NCBI RefSeq assembly: GCF_009834535.1
Contig: NC_045713.1
Location: 2,790,001 to 2,854,000, forward strand
Reading direction: 5' to 3'
Source of the DNA: Camelus ferus
Lineage: Eukaryota
DNA: 64,000 bases
Shown here: positions 61,125 to 64,000 of the stretch, one piece after another
Numbering within the stretch: the stretch's first letter is position 1
Layout of the letters: every line of letters begins with the position of its first letter
The notes under the pieces: model-generated
Databases searched by the model: none
Seen by the model: the letters and a program-made list of their open reading frames with translations, nothing else
Told to the model about the DNA's origin: nothing
Program-made: the position numbers and the translations under genes

Positions 61125-62772
61125 CTAGGGGATTAGGTAAGAATCAGATACCAGTGAAAGTTTCACTTCAGTTTAAAAGCAAAGTTTACTAAATTTAGGG
61201 TTACTGAAGAAGAATAAAAGGCTTTCTCATTTTTTCCCTGTATGCCCATAAAATATAGAACATTGAAACACCATCAACAATATTGCAAACAAACAACCCA
61301 AATTAAATTTCCCTCATCTGTTCATTCCCAGATAATTGATTCTCATTCTGCTGGGTCTGGGTAAGCATTCTGCTTTCACAAGGACTAAAAGGAGTCCTCG
61401 AAATCCTGGCTGTCTACTGATGCAATCTGAAAGTTGGGTCAGCTACGTCAGCTCAGAAGCACGTGCATAAGAGTCTATTCTTAGACATATCAATAGTTTA
61501 GAGTATTTGTTATAATCCTTTTCCAGGAGACTCTAAGGCTTCCCTTATTTTCTGAAGACACAAATTCTTGCCTGTAGAACCTTCAGGCAAGCATCAGAAG
61601 AAAGCAGAAACCTCTTTGATTATGAAACTGAATGACCCTAGGTTAATTTATTACAGTAATAGGTAATATCAGAATGGAGTATAAAGTTCAGTACTGGGGC
61701 AGAGGGCATAACTATTTCTTCAGAGTTTGACTGCTGGTTCCCCTGAGGGGAAGAACATGTTATGGGTAGTGAGAGTATTGACCAATCTCCAGAGCATTCC
61801 TATAAGGCATACAACTTCTGAAATATTTGAATTAATATAATTTTAACTATGGAAACTTAACCTAGGGAGAGCTGAACATCCCTTTTGATTTGACAGTTTC
61901 TCAGATGCAACTCTTATGATAATGTAGAATTGATTTAGAGGTCTGAAGCAAACCAGAAGAAAAATCTAATTATTTCCAGCATCTGTTTTTATAAGGCAAA
62001 ATAACAAATCTTTATGGTTTCCTGGGGACCTCTTGAAAATCTAAAATATTGCTTTAGATGTGAAAAATATCCAGGGAATGTCATTTTATTTTTCTCAATT
62101 TAGGATCCAAACTTGGGCAAAAATCAAGAGTTATCAAAGGAGATTTAGTCACTTGATTAAGATAAGATCATGGATGCCTGAGGGAAACTTTGGTTACCTA
62201 TTTAATCAAAGTACAATATAATATTTTAAAGGCAACATGACTGTAGAAATCTGAGCTCGTTTACAGTGAAGAATCTTTGTTCTTTGTTGTTGCTGTTTTT
62301 GAATAATCAAAGACATGATAAAGTCAACACAAAGACCAGAAAATCATTCTAGTGAGACACAGAATATCTACTACTACGTGGATAAGAGCTGTAAAATTGA
62401 TTTATCATTTAACAGGGAGAAAGCCAAATTCATGTTATGAATTAATATAGTCGTAGCATAAGTTTTCTTCTTTCTTTTTTTAAACATAATCTTGGGAATA
62501 GGTCCATCAAAACTGAGCAAACTTTGCCAAAATTTTAACACATTTTGTATCCTCTTTTCAGACTCTGATATTATAAACCCCAGACAAATAAAATTAATTT
62601 CTTTCATATCCTGTACAAATTCACTCAGCTCTTGTATTCTGGAACAAATTGACACTTTAGGACAAATCAACACTCTATTTTTCTTGAAAAACAAAACCCA
62701 GTCCCATCAACTTGCACACATAGTTGCATTTCTCTATCACTGTTGCTCCTGGTATAGCTCTGAGCACCAATA

Positions 62773-63050
62773 TTATTTTACTGAGGTGTAATTTACATAG
62801 TCAAATTCACACTTTCATAGTATACAGTCCTGGTGTTACCATACACGACATGCATTCAGTCACGTACCCACCACCACCACAATCAAGGCAAGAAGCAGGT
62901 CTTCACACATACCCCCAAATCCCCTCACACTCCTTTTAATTCAACCCCTAATCCCACTCACAGCCCCTGACAACCACTGATCTGTTTCCTGTCCTTGTAT
63001 TTTTACCTATAACAGAATGCCATATAAATGGAAGCCTACAGGTACTCTTT
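62773..63050 (-). mobile_element. L1MB-like 3' tail fragment
   Basis: ttttactgaggtgtaatttacatag...ccaccaccacaatcaagg...ccctgacaaccactgatctgtttcctgtcc...gaatgccatataaatggaa. Confidence 0.82.
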
Positions 63051-63985
63051 AGCATATTAAAGTAATAATTCAAGTATATACATTTAAAATTATGCTTAGT
63101 AACCAAGTTTTCATTATCCATTCTTACTCAGACAGTATCTAGGTAAACGATGATTATCAATTAACTCAATTTAATTACAAGGTTTCAAGTTACCTAAAGA
63201 TGTCAGAAATTATGTCCAAGCTGACGTACTACACAGTGTAAATACTGTCATGAAAACATTGTTTAGAATTGTCTTTCAATTTAGTTAAAGAGAATTTACA
63301 ATTTTTATAATCTTTAATGCTCTGTAGGAGTAACATTAGTTTATGTGTTCACTAAGCCAGGTTAGGAAGCTCATGAGAAAAAAAGTACCAAGATCTTCAT
63401 ACTTATAAAATCAAGAGAAAGATATACAGCTATTGCTTAGTTTTTAAACCAAAATTACTGAACCAGTCTAGTTTTTCCAAAGATTTATCTTAACTCTGTG
63501 AATGTGGATTCTTATATTAATGTGTTTATGAGGTAACATTTTCATTAAGAAGCATTTTTAAAATCTAGTATTTTAAAGTGTAGTTTACTTATTTTCCGTA
63601 AATTTGGGGAATATGAGATTTATACAAGATTTATACAAGTTTTATCAATTTCTGAAAACTAGTCAGATGAGAGTTCCTTGACTTTAAGATGTAATAATCT
63701 AAGTTGGAGACAGGAAAATACTTCATACTTGTACAATGAGGTATCAAGGCCTTTTCTGAGTCACAGACACACAGACTTCCAGACACAAAGAAAGCTCACA
63801 GCTTCAGTTCGACAGCTCCAGCCTCAAGTCAGAAATAATCACCAAAACACAAAAATTCCCTGGTTCGGATCTCAAAAAACTATTTTTTTCCAGTGAAATC
63901 CTTAATTGATACATACTCACAAATAGAAAAACATACCAAAAAAAAAAAAAAAAAAAAGACTCTCAAACCAGAATGCCTGTCTCAC

Positions 63986-64000
63986 CTGGCAGAGAACTGA
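63986..64000 (-). other. 3' end of a candidate internal exon that runs off the window edge
   Basis: Minus strand reads TCAGTTCTCTGCCAG|GTGAGAC, a near-consensus donor; only 15 nt visible. Confidence 0.45.

Noticed and set aside
63905-63930. Second minus-strand donor-like GTGAGTATG at ~63920
   Set aside because: Weak exon-side bases (TTT), only ~65 nt inside the intron after the stronger donor, and no acceptor in between
1-64000. CRISPR arrays, rRNA, snRNA/miRNA genes, NUMTs, processed pseudogenes, intact ERV genes
   Set aside because: None recognised by eye; a Rfam/BLAST search would be needed to exclude small or diverged RNAs

Overview
Mammalian genomic DNA, most likely a camelid (camel/alpaca group). 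The evidence is a Vic-1-like tRNA-derived SINE at ~49015-49157 and young L1 3' ends of the matching type. About the first 55 kb looks intergenic. It is dense in MIR, L2, MaLR/ERVL solo LTRs, hAT and Tigger DNA transposons and L1 fragments, and has several CpG-retaining, motif-rich segments that look like enhancers. The AT-rich right end (~55.4-64 kb) probably holds the 3' end of an unidentified minus-strand gene: an exon end with a strong donor at 63986, a possible 9-nt microexon at 61116-61124, and a terminal exon starting at 56235 with AATAAA signals at 55854 and 55423. One of its three possible frames ends in -SKL, a peroxisomal targeting signal. Almost all ORFs in the supplied track are spurious or repeat-derived. 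Repeat subfamily names come from recalled consensus sequences and their boundaries are approximate. I found no convincing new biological system; the best leads are the gene 3' end, an L1 with a doubled 3' tail, a pair of MER82-like elements and the enhancer/promoter candidates.
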